Assembly (NCBI GenBank): GCA_963764165.1
Contig: CAVXRD010000002.1
Coordinates: 2,016,001 to 2,080,000, forward strand
Direction of reading: 5' to 3'
From: an uncultured Verrucomicrobiae bacterium
GTDB lineage: Bacteria; Verrucomicrobiota; Verrucomicrobiia; Limisphaerales; Palsa-1400
DNA: 64,000 bases
This document shows positions 21,901 to 32,800 of this stretch, one piece after another. Numbering within the stretch: the first letter of the stretch is position 1; the number at the start of each line of letters is the position of its first letter. A program made the position numbers and the translations under genes. Under the pieces are notes generated by a model. It made no database searches. It was given only the letters and a program-made list of their open reading frames with translations, and had not been told where the DNA came from.

Positions 21901-23594
21901 TGACCACAACCACAGCCAGCACGGAGATTTTGCCTGGCGGCGTCGGCCACGCCGACGATTTCGCGTTCAGCCCAGACCAGCTTACGGTTTATGTCGCGGA
22001 TGATGATTTCTCGACCAGCCAGGGAGGCAACGGCGGCATTCAACGCTGGGATAATGTTGGTGGAACATGGACTTACGCCTATAACCTTTCCGATACCACA
22101 GGCACCGGCACCAACGGCACGCGCGGATTGGTCGCCGTCTGGCCCGCCAATATCACGAGCTGGGGCCAAGGCGTGCAAGGCGCGGTCATTTATGCCACGA
22201 CCTCTGAGACGGTGTCTAACCGGATCATCCAAATCACGGATACAATTGGGGCCAACTCTCCGTCTTCCTTATTGGCAACCGCAGGCCCCAATCAGTTCTA
22301 TCGCGGCATTCGATTCGGACCCATCCAGGCGCCGCTGGGCGTGACGGCTGGCCCGGCAAATCAGACAGCCATCGCCGGACAGTCCGTGGAAATTTCGGCT
22401 TCTACCACCGGCAATTTTTCCTACTATTTCCCCAACGCGGCCGGGACCCACTATAACTTGATCAGCGTCCCGCCGGCTACCTTCCAATGGTATCAGAACG
22501 GCGCCGCCCTTGCAGGCCAGACGAACTACGCGCTTAGCCTGCTGAACGCGCAAGCGAGCAACGCGGGTTCCTACACGTTTGTCATGACCAGTGGACCGAC
22601 TACGGTTTCAAACGCCATTCCGGCGGTGCTGACAGTCAGCCCGTTCACTGTGGATTCAAACCTGGTTGGATGGTTTCAATTTGCGGATGGCTCCGGCACC
22701 AACGCGATTGATTCCTCAATTTATGGAGACACGGGAGCCTTGTATAATTTCCCGACCAACAATAGCGAATGGGTGTCCGGCTTGGGTGGATTGCCCGCCC
22801 TTGATTTCGCCAACGCGGATTCAAACAACGACAATGTCGTGATTGTTCCCGACGAGGCCCAGTTGAACTTCACCAATGATTCACAGTTTACAATCTCGGC
22901 CTGGATCAAGAGCACCACCAATCAGTCAAGCAGCGCGGCTCTCATCTCCAAAGGTTACGGAAATGGCGGCGAGCAATATAACCTGGACATCTATAATGGC
23001 GGCTACCGGATATTCGTGCGCAATTCCCTGGGCACAGTGTCGGCCATCTCCACCACAAACGCCCCTCCTGTAAACCAATGGCAGCAAGTGGCGGCGACGT
23101 TCAACGGAAGCGAGGGCTTATTGGATCTTTATATCGATGGCCAGTTGATCGGCTCCAATAATGCGGCGCTGAACTCGCTGTTATACACCACCCTTCCGCT
23201 GACCATCGGCAACCGGACATCCGGTCAAGGCACGGCTTACAATCTCCCGTTTGTTGGTGATATCCAAGACGTGCGCCTTTACGACGCCGCCTTTGGTCCG
23301 CAGGACATCGCCGCCATCTACGCCTCTCAAAATCTGGCGGCTTCAGCCTTCCCTCCACAACTCGCCACCAATCCGCCTGCCGCTTTCGTTGGCTCCGGAC
23401 AATTCCAATTGAACTTCACTGGCGTGGCTGGAACGAGCTTCCGCCTTTGGAGCACGACCAATCTGGCCTTAAAGCCCATTACCAACACATGGACTTTGCT
23501 GGAGAGCGGCACTTTCGGCGCCAACGGTTCCGCCAGCTATATTGACACGTCGGCGGCCGGTGCGGAGAAGTTTTACACCATCACTCAACCCTAG
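18993..23594 (+). pseudogene. Giant secreted Ig/LamG-domain protein interrupted by one in-frame TAA at 19371-19373
   Basis: ORFs 18993..19373 (signal peptide) and 19389..23594 are in the same frame (SAT*VGNSAVLIF). Multiple Ig domains, a LamG domain (FTISAWIK, WQQVAATF, LYIDG) and a short C-terminal tail. Confidence 0.8.
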
Positions 23595-23612
23595 AACTGA
23601 ATTTCTAAAGTT

Positions 23613-25338
23613 TTACGGCGAGGTTACGTAGTAGAAGCGTTCGGAGTTGCCGGGGGCGTTGGTGTCGGCGTACTGGTATTGGCCCGGTGCAATTTCCGGG
23701 ACTAGACCCAACGCCGCCCACGTGGAGGGGGGAGCGGCAAGATTCGGTACTCGCGGAAACATAAAAATTCGCGCCAGGGACATTGGTGAACGAAAACTGA
23801 AAAGCGCCGCTGGATAGAATGACCGGATTGATGATAGTAATCGGTGTGACGACGGGCTCCGGCACCGAGAAGGCGTAAACCTTGTTGTCGCCCGCCACGT
23901 AAATGCGACCGCGCGCCACAATGCCAGTGTTGAACTTTCTAACGCTTGCCATCAACTCATTCGTGCCGCCGCCGGTGAATATATTTGTCCCGGTGTCGCC
24001 ATCGAAACCGTGAAGCTTTTCGTCACCTCCTGCGCCCAAGCCCCAGACGATGACGTTGTGGATGCCGTCCGTTGAAGTCACAAAGGGCGAGCCCCCGCCA
24101 TTCTCCGCGTTGGTCCATGCCATTTTGATGGTGGGTGGGCTGCTCGCCCCGATGAGCATGGAATAAAGATTGTTGTTATTGGCAAAAACAACGTAGGTGC
24201 CCCTCGTAGTCTGGTAAGTGGCGGCCGCTTGAATGATTTGCGAAGTGGCAACATGCGCCTGGGCCAGCGGATGGCTGATGCCGCTGAGGTTGGTGCGGTT
24301 CAGCAGATAAGCATTGCCATCCTTGCCGAGTGCGACCACCAGATTCGATGGGGTTGCGCCGGGTACGGTCACAAGAAGCGGGCCGGTGCCGCCGATATCC
24401 AAGTCCTGGCTATCGAGCGAGGACCAGTTGGTCGGAGCCCAATAGTTGGAGGTCCCGCTGGCCAGCGCCAGATTGGGAGTGAGGTGGACGATGGCCTCGC
24501 CGCCACTCCACGAAGAGGCGTTGAATGTATTGCCCGTCGCCACAAAAACATCGGCGCCGTCGCTGGCCAGTCCGCCGACAGACCAAGCGCCGCCCCCGTT
24601 CGCCGATGTCGCCCAAGCCATGACCTTGCTGGGGTTGCTGATGGGAACTCCCACCACCCAACCATGATAAGACCCGCAATCGCCATACAGCCCGCCGTAA
24701 GGCACATACAAGTTGGTTCCAATGACGGTCAATGCGCCACGCTCGCCCTGCGCCGTTGAAACAAAATGCGTTGTTCCAAATGCCGCGGTGCTGTCCACGT
24801 CCACCGGCCATCCGGGGTTGAGATCTCCGGTGTCTGCATTCAAGGAAAAAATGCGGTGTTTGACGCTTGAGGAAACCGTCATAATCGCGTCAAAGAACAG
24901 CGAGCGCGAAGGCAAATCAACGACCGGGGTGCCGGTGATGCCGTAAGGGGAAACATTGCCGCAAGGGAGGGAGCCAGCCGCCACGTTCGCCCCAACGTTG
25001 GTCTGCCAATCGATGCTGCCGGTGACCGCATCCAGCGCGAAAACTGTATTTGACTCGGTGACGACAATGACAACCGCCCGGTTACCCGGGCCGCCCTCGA
25101 TGTAAAGCGGCTGGGCATAGACATTGCCGCTGACGGCGCCGTTAAACGCCAGGTCACGCGTAAGATGGGCGGCATTGGAAACCGTGAACCCGGGGTCGAT
25201 ATACAGGCCGTCACGGGAAAGATGATTGTGGTGCTGCGTCACATTGATTTCGCCACGGGCGGAAATGCTCACGAATGAGATCGCGAGCAAACCACATATC
25301 CCGACACCCGCGCGATAATCGGCAAATGTTGCGTTCAT
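23613..25338 (-). CDS. Secreted PQQ-like beta-propeller protein with a frameshift in the C-terminal tail
   Basis: VTQHHNHLSRDG, VYAQPLY, GITGTPVVD, DLDIGGTGP. The C-terminal tail continues in another frame after ~23747 (NLAAPPSTW...RFYYVTSP). Confidence 0.8.
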
Positions 25339-25369
25339 AATAATCCTGAGTTTCCCGGCACAATTCCAT

Positions 25370-26725
25370 TCAACTAACCACATGTGAGCCGGCGTTGCCA
25401 CTGGTCTCCTCTTTTAATTGCGCCACTCGTTCTCGAACTCCGCTTATTATGGCGTCGCCTAGTTCCGGAGGGAACCCGTGAGGAAGGATGCTTTGCGCGC
25501 GCTCCAGCGCTTCGGGCGTCTTTGCGATGACTTCATCCACTACCGAGTGCATCCCTTCCACTCCGGTTCGCCTTGCGGTCTCGATCCAATGCCTGGCATG
25601 GATTTCTGCCCAAAGGTAATGCCGGTTTTTCCCGCGCACGGCCATCGCCATCTTAATTTCCTCGGGCGCAAGTTTTCCACGTCCATGGCCACGCGTTGGA
25701 TGGGCCGAGAGGATATCGCATCGCGGGGTTAGCCGATAAGCGCTCCCAGGGAGATGAAAAATGCTAAAATTCTTGGCATGCCCGTCAATGGCCGCCAGCA
25801 CCCAAAATAGAAGCTGGGTTCGCATAAAGTCATGCCGATCCTCCGTCGCCCGATCAGAACCTCGAAGCACTTCGAGTATATCTGCGATGCCCGGCCCTCC
25901 ATCGCTTTCATATTTGAGATCTGGGGGAGTTCCGGTGACCTGACAGAAATCTTCCTGTGGCAGGCGGAGATACCAGTTTTGGCCGGATGCAAGTTTTCGG
26001 TCAAATCTCTCAACGACCAGCACCTTCTGCTCGCCAAATGCCTCCATGCGGCACTGCGCGACTTCGATGCCATATTGTTCGACAATCTTTGCGCATAGCC
26101 ATTCATTTTCGATTGAAGTGGAAAGGTCTATGCCTCTCGCATTTTTCCCGATCGGGAGTTTTAGAATATGCGTTGTGGGAGTCGACCCGGACGGCTCCAT
26201 CCATGTGCCATCGTGCCACAAAAGCGCGGCTTTCTCCTGGGCGCCTGCGATTGAAATCCTGAAAGCGTCTCCTGAAGGCGTCCCCAGCCCGGGACGCGAA
26301 TCTAAAGTTGCGATGAGTATTTTTTCGATGTCCTCCGCCGTGATGGGCCTGCCGGTGATTTGATGAATGTCAGGCGGTGCCACGCCTTCGGGGGCCAGTT
26401 GCAAAGCCCCCACACAATCCCGCCCGATCTCGAGCAACAGGTCGAACGCGCTGGTGGAGCGCGCATTAAAGCGCCGTCGAATCCTCTCCCGAATCTCTGC
26501 ATTATCCGGCAATAAATTTTCGAAGAATTCCTGCACCCCTCGGCGATACGGCTCGCGCGAAGGGCGCAAGGGGAGGGACAATGATAGTGGTCTCGCGCTG
26601 GGGGAGGACGCCCACGTTTCGGCGTACACAAATTCGTGTCCCTGCCCGCTTGCGAGCCGCCAGTCACCGACGTGTTCGCCGTTCATCCAGACCGCAAGAG
26701 CTTGGATTTTTCTTCTCCGCGCCAT
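25370..26725 (-). CDS. hipA: Type II toxin-antitoxin HipA family kinase toxin
   Basis: N-terminal HipA-coupled domain (FFENLLPD), SIAGAQEK loop, RLPQEDFCQ, catalytic DGHAKNFS. Confidence 0.95.
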   Translation of the reverse strand: MARRRKIQALAVWMNGEHVGDWRLASGQGHEFVYAETWASSPSARPLSLSLPLRPSREPYRRGVQEFFENLLPDNAEIRERIRRRFNARSTSAFDLLLEIGRDCVGALQLAPEGVAPPDIHQITGRPITAEDIEKILIATLDSRPGLGTPSGDAFRISIAGAQEKAALLWHDGTWMEPSGSTPTTHILKLPIGKNARGIDLSTSIENEWLCAKIVEQYGIEVAQCRMEAFGEQKVLVVERFDRKLASGQNWYLRLPQEDFCQVTGTPPDLKYESDGGPGIADILEVLRGSDRATEDRHDFMRTQLLFWVLAAIDGHAKNFSIFHLPGSAYRLTPRCDILSAHPTRGHGRGKLAPEEIKMAMAVRGKNRHYLWAEIHARHWIETARRTGVEGMHSVVDEVIAKTPEALERAQSILPHGFPPELGDAIISGVRERVAQLKEETSGNAGSHVVS

Positions 26726-26728
26726 AAA

Positions 26729-26974
26729 TCACCAGTCGGCAGGAGCTTGGCTTGGTCTTTTTTTCCGAACCACAAGCTCCAGATCAAGTCCCGCCAGAAC
26801 CTTCAGGAGTTGGGATAGAGCTTTCGGGCCGGGATCAACCTCCATTTGCGAGATAATAGGTTGGGAAACACCAGATTTCATTCCGATTTCCTGCTGCGTC
26901 AGGCTAAGTTCTTTGCGATATCCGCGAAGAACGGCCCCTAATTGCTGCGATGTCTTTACTGTATAATCTGTCAC
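26729..26974 (-). CDS. hipB: HipB-like HTH antitoxin
   Basis: 81-aa XRE-type HTH (QLGAVLRGYRKELSLTQQEIG...VSQPIISQME) immediately upstream of hipA. Confidence 0.9.
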   Translation of the reverse strand: MTDYTVKTSQQLGAVLRGYRKELSLTQQEIGMKSGVSQPIISQMEVDPGPKALSQLLKVLAGLDLELVVRKKRPSQAPADW

Positions 26975-26986
26975 GATAAGCGCCTT

Positions 26987-27055
26987 TATGCGTTTAATAT
27001 ATAATGCCTAAATATGCTTAATCAATATAAATGTGAAATATATCTAAAATGTATA
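26987..27055. promoter_or_regulatory. Three putative HipB operators
   Basis: TATGC-N7-ATATA (26987), TATGC-N7-ATATA (27013) and TATAT-N7-GTATA (27039), spaced exactly 26 bp apart upstream of hipB. Confidence 0.7.
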
Positions 27056-27098
27056 AATGCCTTTGCCGTGGAAGGTCTTGGAACTCTGGATTCAACGC

Positions 27099-29459
27099 TC
27101 AAGGAGCCATCTTCAGCCCCTCCCACTTCACCACCCATTTTCCATCATCGGGAAAGCCGGGGGTTTGTTTGCCGGGCGGTGCGCCATCCCAACCGGCTGC
27201 CATCATGGCAACGGCATAAAGCAAGCCTCCGTTGCCCGGCAAATAGGGGCCAGGGCCACCAGTGCAAATTCCGCGTTCGTCGTAATGATTCTTCCCGGAA
27301 GGATTTAGCAGCGCTTCTATCGCCAATTGAGGATCGCCCACCCGGGCCGCAGCCATGGCCATCCACGGAAAATCCCAACCCCAGACCGCGTCCCAATCCC
27401 AACTTCGTCCCACCTCCTCCACCGTACGGCGGGCGGCGGCGGGGTCGAGCCCTTTGAACGGCGGCAGCATTCCGGCAATTCCAATGATGTCGATATGATC
27501 TATGTTGCGCGCGGCGAAAGTGTCAGGGCGGTCGGCACTGTAAATATAAAGGCCATCCTTCATCGGCAGAGGCGCAAGATGGTTAAGCACATCGTCCCAA
27601 TGCGGCTCGCGCGCCAGGCCGAGGAGCACGCGCCATTGCTGCGCCCACTCAAGGGCAACGCGCCAGTAGCCAAGCTCAAATATCGTGTTGCGCCGAAGAG
27701 TCGTATTATCGCCTTCGTATGCAGGCCAAACAGGATAAAGGTCGTAACGGCTGGCAGCTTCGTTCCAGGTCGGATAGTCGGCCATGAACTCCGCGGTGCC
27801 TAGCACAACGTCTCTCCATTTATCGAGAGTGGCCTTTGTTGGTTGTGAGCGATACTCGAGTTCGGCAATAAAAATTGGGTGAGGAATTCTCCAAAGCAGC
27901 GCCATTTCGGGCGGCCATCCGTCGTTATAACCGTTTGGCCCGGTCGACTTGGGCCACATCATGCCCTTGTAGTTGAAATTCCTGGCGATGGCCTCGGCCG
28001 CCGGAGCCACCCGTGAATAAATGCCCAGAGCCTTTTCGGCGAGCAGCGAGCGATTCCACAATGAGTAATGGGCCAGATGCCACCAAATCATTTCAAAGTG
28101 CCACTTGGCCTCCCAGGGATCTGTGCCGGTCAGCGCGACTTCAGCCGGAGGATTGTCGCCCGCCGATTGCGCCGCCAGTTCATATTGCGATAGGACGATG
28201 CGGCGTTCCAGCTCCACCCAGCGAGGATCGCTGCTGGCGGATAAGTCAATTGCCCCGCCACTATTCCAAAACGCCGGCCATGATGCCGCGCACGCCCTCA
28301 CGACGCCATCAAAAGTGCTATCGATAGCTTCGGTCGCGCTTGACCGAAACTGGCAGGCAAACTCAATGACATCGGCATCCGAATCAGGCACAAGGACGAA
28401 TTGATGGAGTGAAGCGCCAATGCTCCAGGAGCTATTCTCAGGAAGACTCTTAGTCTTCTCCTTTCCATTAACGCGATATGTGATCTCCAGATTTTTAGGG
28501 AACTGCAGCGCTGGATCGCCGAACGAGGCATTATTGGCGGTGATAACTTGATGATCATGGAGCGAAGCGATCACTCGATCAGTAACATTTGTCCACCCGC
28601 CGCCGCTTGCGCCGTAGCGCGCATTTTCAATCTCCGGTTGAACGGCAGCCGGGCGGCTGATGGAAAACCGGTTGCCATTTAACACCACTTCGTATTGGGC
28701 GTCGTCAATCGTCCGGCGCAATTCAAGCCGCGCTCCGGTTCCCCGAAGGATGGCAGTCTGATGACCGGCAGCGCGGGAGAAATCTCCCACCCAGGCACCT
28801 ACATTTTGCGCCGGGGCTGGAAAATCTAGCATCACCTTCAATCGGCCGTCCCGCAATAAAGCCGATTTCACGCGCACCGCCACTGTGTCGCTCTGAGGAT
28901 CAACACACGTTTGCACCTCAACCGGCTGGCCGAGGTAAATGAACTGGCTGGTCAAAAGCCCCGTCCACAATTTGAGTTGGCGCGCAACCATATGCGCATC
29001 CGCCCCGGTCAGCCGCTCGTCGTCCTGGTTGATGAAGCCGATCCGCCCCAGATTCAGCGGCTGCGGATTTTCGCGCTGCCAGGTGAAGATCGCCCTGGGC
29101 GGCCTGGTCGTCACTCCCTTGAGCCGCCCCTTGTCTGGCGTGGCCCAGGGCTTGATGTCCTCCGGAGTCACGCCTGGCGGAAGCGGAAAGCTATGCCAGC
29201 ACCAATGCGACATGGTATTGCCGCCGACAGTTTGCAAACCGGTTCCATCGGCGTTGAAAGCGAAATTGCCATTGCCCAGCGGAATCTGGCCGCCGAGGCT
29301 GGGCCAATCTATATCGTGCCGCGCTACTAACGCCTGACGATCAATCGCGCGTTTATCACCTGGCGTCAAAGGCTCCGCAGCAGCCCAGTCCATCCCAGGC
29401 GACATGGCCACAGCGGAAGCCATGAATGAAGTTCTGCGGATAAATTTCCGGCGATTCAT
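27099..29459 (-). CDS. Tat-exported glycoside hydrolase (GH65/GH95-like) with inserted lectin-like module
   Basis: Twin-arginine signal MNRRKFIRR, LGNGNFAFNADGTGLQT, ELERRIVLSQY, WGWDFPWMAMAAAR, YLPGNGGLLYAVAMMAAGWDG. Confidence 0.8.
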   Translation of the reverse strand: MNRRKFIRRTSFMASAVAMSPGMDWAAAEPLTPGDKRAIDRQALVARHDIDWPSLGGQIPLGNGNFAFNADGTGLQTVGGNTMSHWCWHSFPLPPGVTPEDIKPWATPDKGRLKGVTTRPPRAIFTWQRENPQPLNLGRIGFINQDDERLTGADAHMVARQLKLWTGLLTSQFIYLGQPVEVQTCVDPQSDTVAVRVKSALLRDGRLKVMLDFPAPAQNVGAWVGDFSRAAGHQTAILRGTGARLELRRTIDDAQYEVVLNGNRFSISRPAAVQPEIENARYGASGGGWTNVTDRVIASLHDHQVITANNASFGDPALQFPKNLEITYRVNGKEKTKSLPENSSWSIGASLHQFVLVPDSDADVIEFACQFRSSATEAIDSTFDGVVRACAASWPAFWNSGGAIDLSASSDPRWVELERRIVLSQYELAAQSAGDNPPAEVALTGTDPWEAKWHFEMIWWHLAHYSLWNRSLLAEKALGIYSRVAPAAEAIARNFNYKGMMWPKSTGPNGYNDGWPPEMALLWRIPHPIFIAELEYRSQPTKATLDKWRDVVLGTAEFMADYPTWNEAASRYDLYPVWPAYEGDNTTLRRNTIFELGYWRVALEWAQQWRVLLGLAREPHWDDVLNHLAPLPMKDGLYIYSADRPDTFAARNIDHIDIIGIAGMLPPFKGLDPAAARRTVEEVGRSWDWDAVWGWDFPWMAMAAARVGDPQLAIEALLNPSGKNHYDERGICTGGPGPYLPGNGGLLYAVAMMAAGWDGAPPGKQTPGFPDDGKWVVKWEGLKMAP

Positions 29460-29820
29460 TTTCCAGTCAAAGTCGAATTTCGAATTTTCCGATTGTATCC
29501 GCGCGCCACGGCCAGCGCAGGTTAATTCGCGATTTTTCCGTCTAGTGGATGTTTCACGCGGAGCGTCCATTTTGTCAAAAAGCACCTTTGTTTACCTATG
29601 TTTGCATGTTTTCAGCGGAGTGCGGATTTGTATTTGCGTGCTTTGCGCACTTTTCTGCTCTGCACGAAAGTTCTTGCCCTTTGTTCAATCCCTCCAGCCA
29701 ACATCGTTGATTATCAATAAGGCATGAGTCCCGCGTCGAAAGCGGCGTTGGGAACCGCCGGTTCCATCTGTCGCGGAAGCCTGTCCATCCCTCAGGGTAA
29801 ACCCTATTTACAATATCGGA

Positions 29821-32800
29821 GTGCTTTGGTTCGATAACCGTGTGAGCCGAGAAGCAGAATCGATCGTGGCTCCCTGTTCGGCTCCCGCCTCATGCACTGT
29901 CGTGGCTCTTGGAGCATCGGCGGGGGGATTGGAAGCCTTTGGGCAATTCTTTGAACACATGCCGGCGGATTCTGGAGGCTGCTTCGTTTTACTGCAGCAT
30001 CTGGATCCCAATCATGCAACGCTGATGCCTGACCTGCTGGCGAGGCATACGTCCATGCGCGTCCTGCGGGCCCAAGACGGCCAAAAAGTCAAAGCCAATC
30101 ATGTATTTGTGATTGCGCCCAATAGCATCCTGCGGCTGAGCAACGGCTCGCTGCAAGTGGATTCCCTGCCGGCAGGCGGCGACGCCAAGGTGATTGATAT
30201 ATTCTTCCGTTCTGCGGCGGAAAGCCAGGAGCACGATCTTGTTGGAATTATACTTTCTGGAACTGGCACTGACGGGACGGCGGGGTTGAAAGCGATCAAG
30301 GAGCGCGGCGGCCTTACACTCGTGCAAAATCCAGAGACGGCAAAATTTGACGGGATGCCCCGAAGCGCCCTTTCCTCGGGAATTGCCGATCTCGTTTTGA
30401 AGGTCGAAGAAATGCCCACCCGCGTTCTGGAATATCTCAAACACATGGAGGCCACCCGGCAAAAGAAAAGGCCCGAGGCAGTCCAGTCCGAAATCGTCGA
30501 GTGTTTGCCGCAAATCCTCCCGCTTCTCCGCACGAGGACGGGCCACGATTTCAGCCGCTACAAACAAAGCACGCTGGTAAGGAGGATTCACCGCCGCATG
30601 CAGGTCCTTTACCTCAATTCCGCCTCTCAATACTGCGATGATCTCACTAAAAATTCCGAGGAAGTCGACGCCTTATTCAAGGATCTATTGATTGGGGTCA
30701 CGCAGTTTTTTCGCGATCCCGAGAGTTTTGAATTCCTTGCCACCAGCGTGATTCCTGATTTATTCAGGGAAAAGAAGGACGAAGGGCAGGTCCGTATCTG
30801 GGTGCCGGGGTGCGCGTCTGGTGAAGAGGCTTATTCGATAGCGATTCTTCTGGCGGAATACGCGGAAAAGCTGGAGAAAAAGCCAAAAATCCAAATCTTC
30901 GCCACCGATCTGGATGTTGAAGCGCTCGACTTTGCGCGGAAGGCAAAGTATCCGGCAGAGATTGCGGAGCACGTTTCACCGGCGCGTTTGAAGGCCTTCT
31001 TCAAGAAAGTCGGCAATTCTTACGAGCTCATCGACTCCGTCCGGGAGTTATGCATTTTCTCCCCGCACAATTTGATCAAGGACCCGCCCTTTTCACGCAT
31101 CGACGCGATTTCGTGCCGCAATGTTCTGATTTACCTTGAGGCGGATTTGCAGAAGAAATTGCTGCCCCTTTTTCATTATGCGCTGAACCCCTCGGGATAT
31201 TTATTCCTCGGGCCGTCTGAAAACATCGCCAGCCGGAGCGAGCATTTCCGCGTTGCCGACCAAAGGCATCGCGTCTTTCAAAGAAAGCCCATGGTGCTGC
31301 ACATGGCCGCCGGCGTCTCTTTGATTGATCCGGGGCAAGTGACAAAACTTCAGGCGGTGGCGCCATCTGCCGCCGCAGTGGTTGCGAGGGAGCCCAACAT
31401 GGCGCGCGCCATTGAGCGCGTCATTGTCGAGGAGTACGCCCCGGCCAGCGTCATCATCAATGAGCTTGGCGAGGTGGTTTATTTTGCCGGTGACACCGGA
31501 AAATTTCTCAAGCCCCCGGCAGGCTCCCCCACCACCAAGCTGGTCGCGTTGGCCAGGGACAACATCAGGCTCGAGGTTCGGACTTTGGTGCATCGAGCCA
31601 TCTCCACCGGCAAAGAAGCAGTCCGCAAAAACCTGAGAATCAAAAGCGGACGAAAAACGCTGCAGATTGATCTTATCGTCCGCCCACTGACCGAAGTAGG
31701 GCCCGATTCCGGTTTGTTCATCGTGTTGTTTCGGGAGTTGGTCCCATCGAGTGCGGGCACGGATGCGGCCCAGGATCTTACCAGCCATGAGCACCCCGTC
31801 TTCAAACAACTGGAAAACGAACTCAGGACCACGCGCGAAGACCTTCAAACGACGATCGAAGAGCTGGAGACGTCCAATGAAGAATTGAAATCGGCCAACG
31901 AAGAGCTGCTTTCGATGAACGAGGAACTGCAATCCGCGAACGAGGAGTTGCAGACATCCAAGGAGGAAGTCCAGTCCGCCAATGACGAGCTGCAGCGGAA
32001 GATTGAGGAATCCGAACACGCCAACATCGAGCTTCGCCGCGCCCACCAGGAGCGCGCGGAGTACGCGGCCATCGTCGAGAATTCAGACGATGCCATTATT
32101 GGGAAGACATTGGACGGCATCGTCACAAGCTGGAACGGGGCGGCCGAGCGCATCTTCGGTTACACGGCAGGCGAGATGGTCGGCCAATCGATTCTGCGCA
32201 TCATCCCGCCCGAGCGCCATGAGGAGGAGACCCGAATTTTGCAGAAGCTGCGCCGCGGCGAACGTGTGGCGCATTATGAGACACAACGGGTCGCCAAAAG
32301 CGGCAGGCTCATTCAAGTTTCCTTGACCTCGTCACCCATTCGCGATCCCCAGGGCTTTGTCGTCGGGGCTTCCAAGGTGGCTAGAGACATCACCGATCAA
32401 ACGGCTGCATCGCGGGCCAGCATGCTGCTGGCCGCCGTGGTCGATTCATCGGACGACGCCATTATCAGCAAGCGGCTCGACGGAATCATTACGAGCTGGA
32501 ACGGCGCGGCTGAAAGATTGTTTGGATATTCGGCGCAGGAAATGATCGGGCAGCCGATAACCCGGCTGTTTCCAACAGACCGGCTTGAGGAGGAGACGAA
32601 GATCATTTCGCAGATAGCCCGAGGGGAACGGGTAAATCACTTTGAAACCGTCCGCAAAACCAAGGACGGACGGCTCATCAATTTGTCTTTGACAATTTCT
32701 CCGGTCAAAGATGGGGACGGCCGGATTGTGGGCGCATCCAAAATTGCGCGTGACATCACTGAACACAAGCGCATCGAAGAGCAATTGCAACGCAGCGAGG

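Noticed and set aside
21120..22232. 370-aa antisense ORF and many similar shadow ORFs
   Set aside because: They lie opposite well-supported genes, as expected in GC-rich DNA, and show no recognisable motifs.
31800..32050. Repetitive GAAGAG/AACGAG sequence
   Set aside because: This is the coding heptad repeat (ELQSANEE) normal for CheB/CheR fusions, not a DNA repeat array.
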